From: Bacteroidales bacterium
Lineage (GTDB): Bacteria > Bacteroidota > Bacteroidia > Bacteroidales > FEN-979
Length of the DNA stretch: 64,000 nt
Assembly (NCBI GenBank): GCA_963662525.1
Contig: OY759717.1
Location: 1,059,074-1,123,073 of the forward strand
Direction of reading: 5' to 3'
The notes beneath the pieces were generated by a model. The model did no database searches. It was not told the origin of the DNA and was given only the letters and a program-made list of their open reading frames with translations. Numbering within the stretch: the stretch's first letter is position 1; the number at the start of each line of letters is the position of its first letter. Positions 47,401-55,900 of this stretch are shown here, piece by piece. The position numbers were made by a program, and so were the translations under genes.

Positions 47401-48444
47401 ATTATCGGTAGTTTCATTGCCAGTAACAAATCCTACCTGAGTCCAGACCTGTGGATTCATTTCTTCGCCCTGATGCAGTCTCCATATCCTGTAGCCGGTA
47501 ATGCCCTGCTCATTCCCGGGAATATCCGCGGGACCTCCGGGACCGGAAACGATGGCACGGAGTAAAAAATTTCCTGAGGCTGGCAGCCAGGGACTGTTTC
47601 CGCTGACAAAGCGAAAGTAACTTCTCAATTTTGGCTGGGTTTCATCGACGGCAATTCCTGCGGCATTCGGAGCATTTCCTCCCTGAATCATGGTAACGAA
47701 AAAACTACCGCTGGCGAGGGTTACCGTGGCAGGAAATGAAAAATCAATCCAGCCCAGGCTGGTGGGAATCACATCGAAGGGACCGGCCAAAATATTTCCT
47801 GGAGTTCCTCCGCTGCCACTGGCATCCATAATCATCAGCTGGAATGGTACCAGGGGGTTGCTGCCGGGAGGATAATCAGTGGTTTTTCCAAGATTAACCG
47901 AACAACCTGTGATTAAGGCGGGATATCCGATCGGAGTATATTTTACGGCATTCATATTTCCGGCTTCAGCCCAGACAGTGAAACTATCCTGGATCCCGTC
48001 ATCATAAATTAATTCATATGATCCTGTGGGTTTATCCCAGGACAGAGATATCAGCTGGGTGGTAGTATCCCTGACGGTCAGCATGAGGGGTGAAGGGTTC
48101 GGGGTCTCCCATAGCTGAATATTCAGGGTAACGATGGCACCCGGGTGAAAAATGATAGGCGAAGAGGTGAACGTCACAAAACCTGCTTTGGAACAAAGGA
48201 TGGTATAGGTCCCAGTGGGGTCTATATTCAGGTTGTAGATGCCTGAAGAAACAGAGCGTGTATTCGCGGTATTCATCACAATATGGGCGCCGATGATCGG
48301 ATTCCCTGTCGTGGCATTGGTCACGACGCCAACCAGGGTAGCAGAAAGCAGTTGTGTTTCCTGAGAATAGAGACACCGGCTTGACAGGAGAAATACCAGA
48401 AACAAGCCGGAAAAAAAATGATATTTAAATTGCTGCCTGAACAT
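44476..48444 (-). CDS. giant T9SS-secreted multidomain surface protein (1322 aa), paralog 2
   Basis: From ATG 48444 the protein starts MFRQQFKYHFFSGLFLVFLL. It has the same module order as paralog 1: a CarbopepD_reg-like domain, YELIYDDGIQ.., and two modules ending FKIRF..IDN and FRFRF..LDN. It also has an extra choice-of-anchor-J-like domain (EGFESSSFPPAGWS..DEWIIARN) and the sorting domain IYPNPAHDFVMIR..GLFLLEVF. Confidence 0.85.
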   Translation of the reverse strand: MFRQQFKYHFFSGLFLVFLLSSRCLYSQETQLLSATLVGVVTNATTGNPIIGAHIVMNTANTRSVSSGIYNLNIDPTGTYTILCSKAGFVTFTSSPIIFHPGAIVTLNIQLWETPNPSPLMLTVRDTTTQLISLSWDKPTGSYELIYDDGIQDSFTVWAEAGNMNAVKYTPIGYPALITGCSVNLGKTTDYPPGSNPLVPFQLMIMDASGSGGTPGNILAGPFDVIPTSLGWIDFSFPATVTLASGSFFVTMIQGGNAPNAAGIAVDETQPKLRSYFRFVSGNSPWLPASGNFLLRAIVSGPGGPADIPGNEQGITGYRIWRLHQGEEMNPQVWTQVGFVTGNETTDNSWPSLPCGPHRWGVEVQYTGSRWSSATFSNVLGKCWTAPVTINLNLSCTLANPAGASISLKNQVYQDTIYHAISDSTGHFLFPAVWKGAYEIHAEKFGYQDYTGNCSVNSPLSMDILLLQIKSPPTNLEVDNRSLLATWDVPFYSLPLLQENWSSGDFTTGEWIREGGSNWKISMTAGHPAPSAFFSWSPAVPDYNQSLTSRVMTGKNSEILTLKYDISLDNYSTSALDQMAIEIFDGNTWQTLKTWNNAGGNIPWTTDELDISAYTNSSFKIRFRSFGEDSYQINGWYIDNILVTAAESAHLLAPCIYGYNVYLDNTLLATVTENSFTLPGTAVKYDSSYYACVLAIYTSGYSDKNCSSFRSRFLWPPANLNAEAIESTVFLSWNKPRIPSDTGVIIPPGIMGYNIYRDGNLIIYLPGQDELSYYNTSLQPGSYSYTVDALYDLTPYGFPGQEDHSMKAGPVSVMVHYGRPLPFTEPWNQGSFSSNEWSLTDGSGNWFVSQDVGNPLPSACFSDLPEQVNYSFSLESPVLDATSNYCAKIWLDFDLKLLDKNPSGQEKMILEVYYNHVWHKKAEYTNSGGFNWTPWHIDISAVKGKGFRFRFRAAGINSTDISLWSLDNISVYAVCLPAINLTGEAWGNDIHLSWSPPQCNGGGWLLQEGFESSSFPPAGWSRVIYNTSATWSHTDVGSAVGVHTGNYSAGLLWDYNAQDEWIIARNVFVNGNLQFWSMAYQGSAHGDHYYVKVSTDHGNSWDVLFDLSTLPPFPGTGGYNQWQEPYTIDMSSYSDDIVDIAWHADDYNGQGLWYYWGIDDCTLGGKKLNLMYDPPLFDVYRQDPSGGDFTKANNQSLSDTAYLDPMLPSGLYHYYIQVAGDNCNEAIPSDTIGVDVITAIPDPPDKSLNIYPNPAHDFVMIRSDVPVDRLVLLDVMGRVVLDIPVKKLSETKLLLPELPAGLFLLEVFTQSNCRKIPLSVIR

Positions 48445-48545
48445 ACTTATACAACAAAAATACAAAAAATAGGGCCGATTCAGACTTTTTCAGGCGTTAT
48501 GCTATCATTTTTTTTCGGAAATGCTTGCCAGAATGAAAATTTTTA

Positions 48546-48553
48546 TAACTTTG
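48546..48553 (+). promoter_or_regulatory. -7 box TAACTTTG upstream of rplU-rpmA
   Basis: Matches TAnnTTTG. TTG lies 19 nt upstream (48525-48527) and ATG 48588 is 34 nt downstream. Confidence 0.45.
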
Positions 48554-48587
48554 CACTCCCAATTTTATGAACATCAATCCATAAAAA

Positions 48588-48959
48588 ATGTACGCAATCG
48601 TTGAAATCGCCGGTCAGCAATTTAAAGTTGAAAAGAATGACGAAATCTTTGTACACCGGCTTACCGGTGATGCAGGGACCAAAGTTGAGTTTACTGAAGT
48701 TTTATTGCTGGATAATGACGGCAAGGTCACCGTTGGCAAGCCGCATGTTGATGGCAGCAAGATCACCGGAAAGATCCTGGACCATGTAAGGGGTGATAAA
48801 GTGGTTGTCTTTAAGAAAAAACGCCGGAAAGGCTATGAAAAAGAAAGCGGACACCGTCAGGATTTCAGTAAAATTCTGATTGAAAATATCAGCGTTAAAG
48901 GAGCTTCCAAAGCTAAGAAAGTTAAGGAGGAAGAAGAAATCGTCAATCGTCAATCGTAA
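48588..48959 (+). CDS. rplU: ribosomal protein L21 with charged C-terminal extension
   Basis: Starts [16 protein letters not shown] and contains KKRRKGYEK. The tail is [16 protein letters not shown]. Confidence 0.9.
   Translation: MYAIVEIAGQQFKVEKNDEIFVHRLTGDAGTKVEFTEVLLLDNDGKVTVGKPHVDGSKITGKILDHVRGDKVVVFKKKRRKGYEKESGHRQDFSKILIENISVKGASKAKKVKEEEEIVNRQS
48938..48958 (+). repeat. heptamer tandem AATCGTC AATCGTC AATCGTA
   Basis: Read directly. It encodes the last residues of rplU and supplies the first two bases of the TAA stop codon (48957-48959). Confidence 0.85.
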
Positions 48960-48972
48960 ATAGAAAAGTGTT

Positions 48973-49245
48973 ATGGCACACAAAAAAGGAGCGGGCAGTT
49001 CCAGCAACGGCCGCGAATCGCACAGCAAACGTTTAGGTGTTAAGATATATGGCGGGCAGGCAGCCAAAGCCGGCAACATCATTATCCGCCAGCGGGGAAC
49101 TGTTCACAATCCCGGGCTGAATGTGGGGATTGGAAAAGATCATACCCTCTTCGCGTTGGTTGATGGTATCGTGGAATTCAAGAAGAAACGCCAGGAGCGT
49201 TCCTATGTTTCCGTACTTCCTTTTGTTGAAGAGCAAGCCAATTAA
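48973..49245 (+). CDS. rpmA: ribosomal protein L27
   Basis: Starts [24 protein letters not shown] and contains [10 protein letters not shown]. Confidence 0.95.
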   Translation: MAHKKGAGSSSNGRESHSKRLGVKIYGGQAAKAGNIIIRQRGTVHNPGLNVGIGKDHTLFALVDGIVEFKKKRQERSYVSVLPFVEEQAN

Positions 49246-49261
49246 TAACCACTCAAGCTTC

Positions 49262-49421
49262 ACCGCAAAGACGCTTAAAATTTTCAACATAGCGTTAAAT
49301 ACCTTCCTTTAATACTGACATTTCAGATTTAATCAGGAATCCTGATTTCTTAATTGAGCCTCCCTGGTGTCATTGATGTATGAAAAATTTCATGTTTTTT
49401 GCATCTTTGCGTCTTTGCGGT
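49262..49421. repeat. 160-nt unit bounded by perfect 13-bp inverted repeats (ACCGCAAAGACGC / GCGTCTTTGCGGT) with an internal hairpin
   Basis: Read directly. The arms lie at 49262-49274 and 49409-49421. An inner hairpin AATCAGG-aat-CCTGATT lies at 49331-49347. The right arm sits in a tandem TCTTTGCG x2. Confidence 0.7.
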
Positions 49422-49460
49422 AAAAGGGGAAAGAAGCAGAATTGGGGTTCGGAAATTTTT

Positions 49461-49468
49461 TACCTTTG
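49461..49468 (+). promoter_or_regulatory. -7 box TACCTTTG upstream of serS
   Basis: Matches TAnnTTTG and ends 69 nt before ATG 49538. Confidence 0.4.
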
Positions 49469-49473
49469 CAGAA

Positions 49474-49507
49474 CCCCACCCCAACCCCTCCCCTTGGAGG
49501 GGAGGGG
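49474..49507. other. C4-A-C4-AA-C4-T-C4 tract (G-quadruplex motif on the minus strand) overlapping a 9-bp GC hairpin CCCCTCCCC-ttgga-GGGGAGGGG
   Basis: Read directly. It is located between the putative serS -7 box and the serS start codon. Confidence 0.8.
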
Positions 49508-49537
49508 CTCTTGTCACAAAAACAAAACACCTATAAA

Positions 49538-50809
49538 ATGTTGCAATTAAACTATATCAGGGAGCATGAAGCTGAAGTCATTGAAAGGCTCTCCATAAAA
49601 AATTTTGATGCCCGTGAAATGATCCGTGAAATTATCCTGCTGGATGATACACGGAAGGAAACGCAAAAAATGCTGGATGATATCCATGCCCATGAAAACA
49701 TCCTGGCCAAAGAAATCGGAATACTGTTCAAATCGGGGAAGCAGGAAGAAGCCGGTGTGCTGAAAGCACAAACCGTTCAGTTAAAAAATACAGCCAAAGA
49801 ACTGGACCTGAAACTTGAAAACACCCGTAAATCCCTGGATGAATTTCTGGTTAAAGTTCCAAACCTTCCGCATCCCAGCATTCCACGCGGAAAATCTGCA
49901 GAAGACAACCTGACGGTCCAACAGGAAGGAGAAATAAAAACGCTTAGCGGGGACACATCCCCTCACTGGGACCTCTGTTCCGAATATGACCTCATTGATT
50001 TTATCACGGGTACAAAAATTGCCGGCGCCGGATTTCCTTTATATAAAGGTAAAGGAGCCCGTTTACAGCGTGCACTCATCAATTTTTTCCTGGATGAAGC
50101 GATCCAAGCAGGCTATCAGGAGGTTCAGCCTCCGTATGTAGTCAATGCGGCCTCCGCCTATGCTACCGGACAGTTACCCGACAAGGATGCCCAGATGTAC
50201 CATGTCGGTCTCGATGATCTCTACCTCATTCCAACCGCTGAAGTTCCGGTTACCAATATTTACCGCGACATGATCCTGAAGAGCCGGGACCTGCCTTTAA
50301 AAAATGTAGCCTATTCTGCTTGTTTCCGCAGGGAAGCCGGGAGTTACGGGAAAGATGTGAGGGGATTAAATCGCCTTCACCAGTTCGATAAAGTGGAGAT
50401 TGTACAAATTGTACTGCCGCAACATTCTTATGAAACATTGGAAGAAATGCGGGAATACGTTGCCGGATTACTCAGAAAACTTGAACTTCCCTTTCGCATC
50501 CTTAAACTTTGCGGGGGCGATATGAGTTTTACTTCTGCCATGACTTATGATATGGAAGTCTGGTCGGCAGCTCAGGGACGATGGCTGGAGGTGAGTTCTG
50601 TATCGAATTTTGAAACATTTCAGTCCAACCGCATGAAACTGCGCTATAAAGACGATGCCGGCAAGATGCAACTGGTGCATACCCTGAACGGATCTGCCCT
50701 GGCCCTGCCCCGCATTGTGGCTGCCCTGCTGGAGAATAATCAGACCCCGGAGGGAATAGTCATCCCACAGGTACTTGTGCCCTATACGGGATTCAACATT
50801 ATCAATTAG
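49538..50809 (+). CDS. serS: seryl-tRNA synthetase
   Basis: From ATG 49538 the protein starts MLQLNYIREHEAEVIERL. Motifs include PTAEVPVTN and CFRREAGSYGKDVRGLNRLHQFDKVE. The ORF-track TTG extension (49442) translates the GC tract and is rejected. Confidence 0.9.
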   Translation: MLQLNYIREHEAEVIERLSIKNFDAREMIREIILLDDTRKETQKMLDDIHAHENILAKEIGILFKSGKQEEAGVLKAQTVQLKNTAKELDLKLENTRKSLDEFLVKVPNLPHPSIPRGKSAEDNLTVQQEGEIKTLSGDTSPHWDLCSEYDLIDFITGTKIAGAGFPLYKGKGARLQRALINFFLDEAIQAGYQEVQPPYVVNAASAYATGQLPDKDAQMYHVGLDDLYLIPTAEVPVTNIYRDMILKSRDLPLKNVAYSACFRREAGSYGKDVRGLNRLHQFDKVEIVQIVLPQHSYETLEEMREYVAGLLRKLELPFRILKLCGGDMSFTSAMTYDMEVWSAAQGRWLEVSSVSNFETFQSNRMKLRYKDDAGKMQLVHTLNGSALALPRIVAALLENNQTPEGIVIPQVLVPYTGFNIIN

Positions 50810-50834
50810 GAATTAAGAATGAGGAATGAGGAAT
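50807..50834 (+). repeat. heptamer tandem TAGGAAT TAAGAAT GAGGAAT GAGGAAT
   Basis: Read directly. The serS TAG stop codon is the first triplet of the array. Confidence 0.85.
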
Positions 50835-50894
50835 TTTTTAATAAAAAAGTTGTAAATATTTCCATTTTAAATTTTCTCGTATTTATTAATTTTT

Positions 50895-50902
50895 AATTTT
50901 GT
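50895..50902 (+). promoter_or_regulatory. -7 box TAATTTTG
   Basis: Matches TAnnTTTG and ends 22 nt before ATG 50925. Confidence 0.4.
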
Positions 50903-50924
50903 CGTTCATCTAAAACTTTTAATT

Positions 50925-51518
50925 ATGAAAAGATATTTATTGTTTTTTGCTTTCCTGCTTTCTGCCGGTGTTGTTTTTGCAGGACTTGATCTGGGGGTCA
51001 AAGTAGGTTATAATGCAGCTAAATTATCCACAAACATGGACTCCATTACGACTAATTTTAAATCCGGTTTCCAGTTTGGCGCCTTTGTACGTATCGGGAA
51101 AAGGCTTTACCTGCAGCCTGAACTTTACTATACCACTCAGGGAGGAGTTTTTACGAGCAATACTTCTAACTGGAAGCAAAATATTAAATTAGGCTCTTTG
51201 GATGTTCCTGTTCTTGTTGGCTTTAAAATCATCAACAATGACAATCTGAACCTGCGTATCCTGGCCGGCCCGGCAGCTTCTTTTATTGTCAGTAAATCCA
51301 TTGAAGAGTCTGGTGGCATTGATGGTCCTATTAAAACTGCCGACCTTAATTCGGTCAACTGGAACATTCAGGCCGGGGCCGGCGTTGACCTCTGGAAATT
51401 CACCCTCGATATTCGTTACCAGATCGGGTTGAACCAACTGATCAAAGAGGTTCAGAACTACGACTTCAATTCCCACAACAATGTCTGGGTAGTAAGTCTC
51501 GGGTTTAAAATCCTTTAA
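50925..51518 (+). CDS. small outer-membrane beta-barrel (porin-family) protein
   Basis: It has a signal peptide, alternating hydrophobic beta-strand patterns, and a C-terminus VWVVSLGFKIL. Confidence 0.7.
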   Translation: MKRYLLFFAFLLSAGVVFAGLDLGVKVGYNAAKLSTNMDSITTNFKSGFQFGAFVRIGKRLYLQPELYYTTQGGVFTSNTSNWKQNIKLGSLDVPVLVGFKIINNDNLNLRILAGPAASFIVSKSIEESGGIDGPIKTADLNSVNWNIQAGAGVDLWKFTLDIRYQIGLNQLIKEVQNYDFNSHNNVWVVSLGFKIL

Positions 51519-51530
51519 TTCATCTGAGAG

Positions 51531-51938
51531 ATGGAAAGTCTGTTAAGAAAAACGCATTTTCTAGTTTTGCCTTTTTGTACAATTTTCCTTCTTTTTATTG
51601 CATGTAATAAGCTTGAGCCGGATGATAATCCTCTTCCTCATTATGAAGATACCGGACCGGATTCTGTAACTTTTTCGGTTACCGTTCAAACGCTGGAAGG
51701 GATCATGCTTCCCGGGCAATATGTTAACCTTGCGTTTTCGCAGGACAGCATGGGAAAGAACATGATGGTCAGACGGGTTGCAACAGACGGGATCGGGCGT
51801 GCCAGCTTTCCAAGGCTTTATCCCCGTCGTTATTTTTTCAATTGCTATGCGACTTACCTGACCAATATTTATTATGGATCTGCCCTGATCAAATTAAATC
51901 CTCAGGACATAAGGGATACCGTTTTAACGGTTCACTGA
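51531..51938 (+). CDS. hypothetical lipoprotein
   Basis: Lipobox LLFIAC. 135 aa. No motif recognised. Confidence 0.55.
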   Translation: MESLLRKTHFLVLPFCTIFLLFIACNKLEPDDNPLPHYEDTGPDSVTFSVTVQTLEGIMLPGQYVNLAFSQDSMGKNMMVRRVATDGIGRASFPRLYPRRYFFNCYATYLTNIYYGSALIKLNPQDIRDTVLTVH

Positions 51939-51944
51939 TGTATC

Positions 51945-52988
51945 GTGAAAGTTAACGGACAGGATTACCGGACAGTTTGGTCAGACGGAATAAGTGTTTC
52001 TTACATTGAGCAGAATCAGCTCCCTTTTTATTTTATTATCCGCCAGGCAAGGCATTATCAGGCATGCTGTGAGGCCATACGCAGCATGGGAATACGTGGT
52101 GCCGGAGCCATTGGCGCCATGGCTGGCTTTGCGATGGCCATGGCTTTCAGGGATGCACCGGTCCAGGGATTTCTTCCTTTTATCCGGCAGGCGCGAATGG
52201 ACATTGAGTCGACCCGGCCTACAGCCAGAAACCTCTTTTATGCCGTTGAGAAAGTATTTGATCAGGGATTGATTTCCTCGAACGATGCCATGCTTGAAGC
52301 ACAGCGCCTGGCTGATAAAGATGCTGAAGATTCCCGTCGAATTGGTGAATTCGGAATGACCCTGATCCGCGATGGATACCAGATCGAAACCCATTGCAAT
52401 GCGGGCTGGCTGGCATTTGTTGATTATGGCACCGCCCTCTCTCCCATTTATCTTGCCCATCAATCAGGGATGAAAGTCTTTGTTTATGCTGATGAAACCC
52501 GACCCCGCGGACAAGGTGCCAGGCTTACGGCCTGGGAACTCCATCAGGCAGGCATTCCGCATGTGATCATTCCCGACAATGCAGGAGCTTCCCTGATGTC
52601 ACAGGGGAAAGTCGACCTGATGATCACCGGTGCCGACCGTATTGCATCCAATGGAGATACCGCCAATAAAATAGGTACTTTTGAAAAAGCAATTGTGGCC
52701 AGGGCGCTGGGTGTTCCGTTCTACATTGCTGCGCCCACTTCCACTTTCGACCTGGAATGCCAAAGCGGAAAAGATATCGTGATCGAAGACCGGAGCCCGG
52801 ATGAGGTACTTTTTCAGGATGGATTGAATGGACAAGGTGAATGGGTGAAAATCAGGGTATGCTCTCCGGGGTCTTCCGCACTGAATCCGTCATTTGACGT
52901 TACACCTGCACAATATATCACGGGGATCATCACCGAAAAAGGCATCATTAAACCCGATCGTGAATCGATATTAAAGATTTTCAAATGA
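51945..52988 (+). CDS. mtnA: S-methyl-5-thioribose-1-phosphate isomerase (eIF-2B alpha/beta/delta family)
   Basis: Motifs include IRGAGAIG, ETRPRGQGARLTAWEL and GADRIASNGDTANKIGT. GTG start. Confidence 0.85.
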   Translation: MKVNGQDYRTVWSDGISVSYIEQNQLPFYFIIRQARHYQACCEAIRSMGIRGAGAIGAMAGFAMAMAFRDAPVQGFLPFIRQARMDIESTRPTARNLFYAVEKVFDQGLISSNDAMLEAQRLADKDAEDSRRIGEFGMTLIRDGYQIETHCNAGWLAFVDYGTALSPIYLAHQSGMKVFVYADETRPRGQGARLTAWELHQAGIPHVIIPDNAGASLMSQGKVDLMITGADRIASNGDTANKIGTFEKAIVARALGVPFYIAAPTSTFDLECQSGKDIVIEDRSPDEVLFQDGLNGQGEWVKIRVCSPGSSALNPSFDVTPAQYITGIITEKGIIKPDRESILKIFK

Positions 52989-55900
52989 AAAAACTCTCCG
53001 TTATTTTATGTTCAGTTATACTGATCATTGGGATGACAACTCCGGTCATTGCCCAGAAAGAGCAAGGTAAATCCAGAGAGAAGGATAAACCGAAAGAAGA
53101 TTCTGTCTATAATTCAGCCCTGGTCAGCGGTTTGAAATTCCGCAGTATCGGGCCGGCATTCTGTTCGGGTCGCATTGCCGATTTTGCTGTAAACCCGAAG
53201 AATCATAGTGAATGGTACGTGGGAGTAGCTTCCGGCCATATCTGGAAAACCATCAATAATGGCACCACCTTTACCCCGGTTTTCGACAATTATGGAGCTT
53301 ATTCTGTCGGATCCGTTGTTATCGATCCGAACAATACAGCAGTCATCTGGGCAGGAACCGGTGAGAACAACCATCAGCGGTCGCTGGGCTATGGGGACGG
53401 TGTTTATAAAAGTACCGACGGCGGGCAAAGCTGGGTCAATATGGGGCTGAAAGAATCCCGTCAGATCGGAAAAATCGTGATAGATCCCCGAAATTCCAAC
53501 GTTGTTTATGTGGCTGCCGAAGGCTCCGTCTGGGGCCCCGGTGGTGAACGCGGCTTATACAAAACCACCGATGGGGGTAAAACCTGGAAAAAAATCCTTA
53601 ACATCAGTCAGCATACCGGTATAAATAATGTATTGATGGACCCGCGCAATCCTGATGTCCTTTATGCTTCTTCAGAACAGCGGCGGCGGCATGTCTTCAC
53701 GAAAATCGGAGGTGGCCCTGAAACAGCCATTTATAAATCGGTGGATGCCGGTGAAAATTGGGAAAAACTCAGTTCGGGTCTTCCCGGAGGGGATATGGGC
53801 GGAATAGGTATGGCTATTTCCCCGGTTGATCCCGACGTAATTTATGCTATCATTGAATCTGCTCCGGAGGCCTCCGGTTTTTATCGCAGTATCAACCGCG
53901 GCGCTTCCTGGGAGAAAATGAGCAATCATGTGGCCCAGGGGCAATATTATAACGAGATTTACTGCGATCCTAAAAATGTAGATCAGGTTTATTCCGTTGA
54001 AACCGTTTCCCAGTTTACTGAAGATGGAGGCAAAACCTGGAAGCAACTTGGGAATAATAAACGTCACGTTGATGATCATGCGCTCTGGATTGATCCGGAT
54101 GATACCCGTCATTTTTTCATTGGCAGCGACGGAGGAGCATATGAAACATTTGATGGAGGAAAGGAATTTATCTTTAAATCAAACCTCCCGGTTACCCAAT
54201 TCTACCGGGTACAGGTTGATAACTCGACTCCATTTTATTATGTTTACGGAGGCACGCAGGATAACAGCAGCATCGGCGGTCCCTCCCGGAATACCAGCAG
54301 CAGCGGGGTATTGAGCGATGAATGGTTCGTGACCAACGGAGGCGATGGTTTCTGGTCGCAGATCGACCCCCTGGATCCCAACATCGTGTATGCCGAATCC
54401 CAGTACGGAGGCATGGTACGTTATGACAGGAAAAGCCAGGAGGCTGTCGATATCAGGCCTGAGCCCGGAAAAGGAGAAAACAGCTATCAATGGAACTGGA
54501 ACACCCCCCTGCTGATCAGCCCTCATTCACATACCCGGCTTTATTGCGCTGCCAACAAGGTTTTCCGCAGCGATGACCGGGGAAATACCTGGCAGGTAAT
54601 CAGCGATGATTTAACCGCTAAACTTGACCGGAATAAATGGCCGGTCATGGATAAATACTGGAGCATCGATGCTGTTCAAAAAGATGTTTCCACTTCTCTT
54701 TATGGCACCATTATTTCGTTCGATGAATCCCCGCTGAAAGAAAATCTTCTTTATGCAGGCACTGATGATGGTTGGATCCAGGTTACAGAAGACGCGGGCA
54801 AGAACTGGCGGAAAACGGAGAAATTTCCCGGGATTCCTGAAAACACTTATGTCAGTGATATTCTGGCTTCCCGTTTTAATGAAAATGTTGTCTTTGCCTC
54901 TTTCGACAATATCCTCAGGGACGACTTCAAACCTTATCTCCTGAAAAGCACCGACAAAGGACAAACATGGATCTCTATTTCCGGGAATCTGCCCGACGGT
55001 ACAGTTCACAGCATCCTCCAGGATAATATCAATCCAGATCTGCTGTTTGCCGGTACAGAATTCGGATGTTTCTTTACCATCGATGGAGGAAAAAACTGGA
55101 TTCAGCTAAAATCCGGCCTTCCGACCATTTCCGTCCGTGATATGGCCCTTCAGACAAGGGAAAACGACCTGGTACTGGCCACCTTTGGACGCGGATTTTA
55201 CATTCTTGATGATTATTCCTCCCTGAGACAGGTTAAGCAAGAAACCATGGATAAAGATGCCTTTATTTTCCCGGTTAAAGATGCTTTAATATACTTACCC
55301 AATGACATGAAATACGGACAGGGTTCCATGCCTTACCTTGCAAAAAATCCGGATTTTGGAGCGATCTTCACCTATTATCTGAATAAGGTCCCGAAAACAT
55401 TAAAGGAAAAACGTAAGGCAAAGGAAGAAGCCTTATTTAAAAAAGGGGAGCCCATCCCTCAGCCAACGGAAGCCGAATTACGCACAGAGAAAAATGAATT
55501 ATCTCCTTACCTGACCTTTACTGTTTCTGATGCTTCAGGAAACCCGGTCAGGACCATTCGCAAAAATGCTTTAAAAGGCATCAACCGGCTGGCCTGGGAC
55601 CTGCGATATCAATCCACGCGAGCCATAGAAGCCGGTGAAACTTATGATCCCCTAGCTGACAATGGCAGTGGGGTGCTTGCTATGCCAGGCCGGTATTCAG
55701 TTTCCATAAGCCTGACTACTGCCGGTGAAACCAGGCATTTATCAGGCCCCGTGGCGTTTAATGCCGTGGTGCTTAACAATGTCAGTTTACCTGCCACTGA
55801 CCGTTCGGCCATGACCTCCTTCCATCAGAAAGTGGCTGAGATTACCAGGGTAATACAAGGAACAGAAGCCTATGCCGAATGGCTGCTAAAACGCGATAAC

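Noticed and set aside
49442-49537. TTG-initiated N-terminal extension of serS
   Set aside because: It translates the C4/G4 tract and hairpin into NPTPTPPLGGEGLL. The serS homology starts at MLQLNYIRE (ATG 49538), and a -7 box lies inside the extension.
51981-52463. 160-aa minus-strand ORF
   Set aside because: It is antisense to mtnA, which has strong family motifs. It is a shadow ORF.
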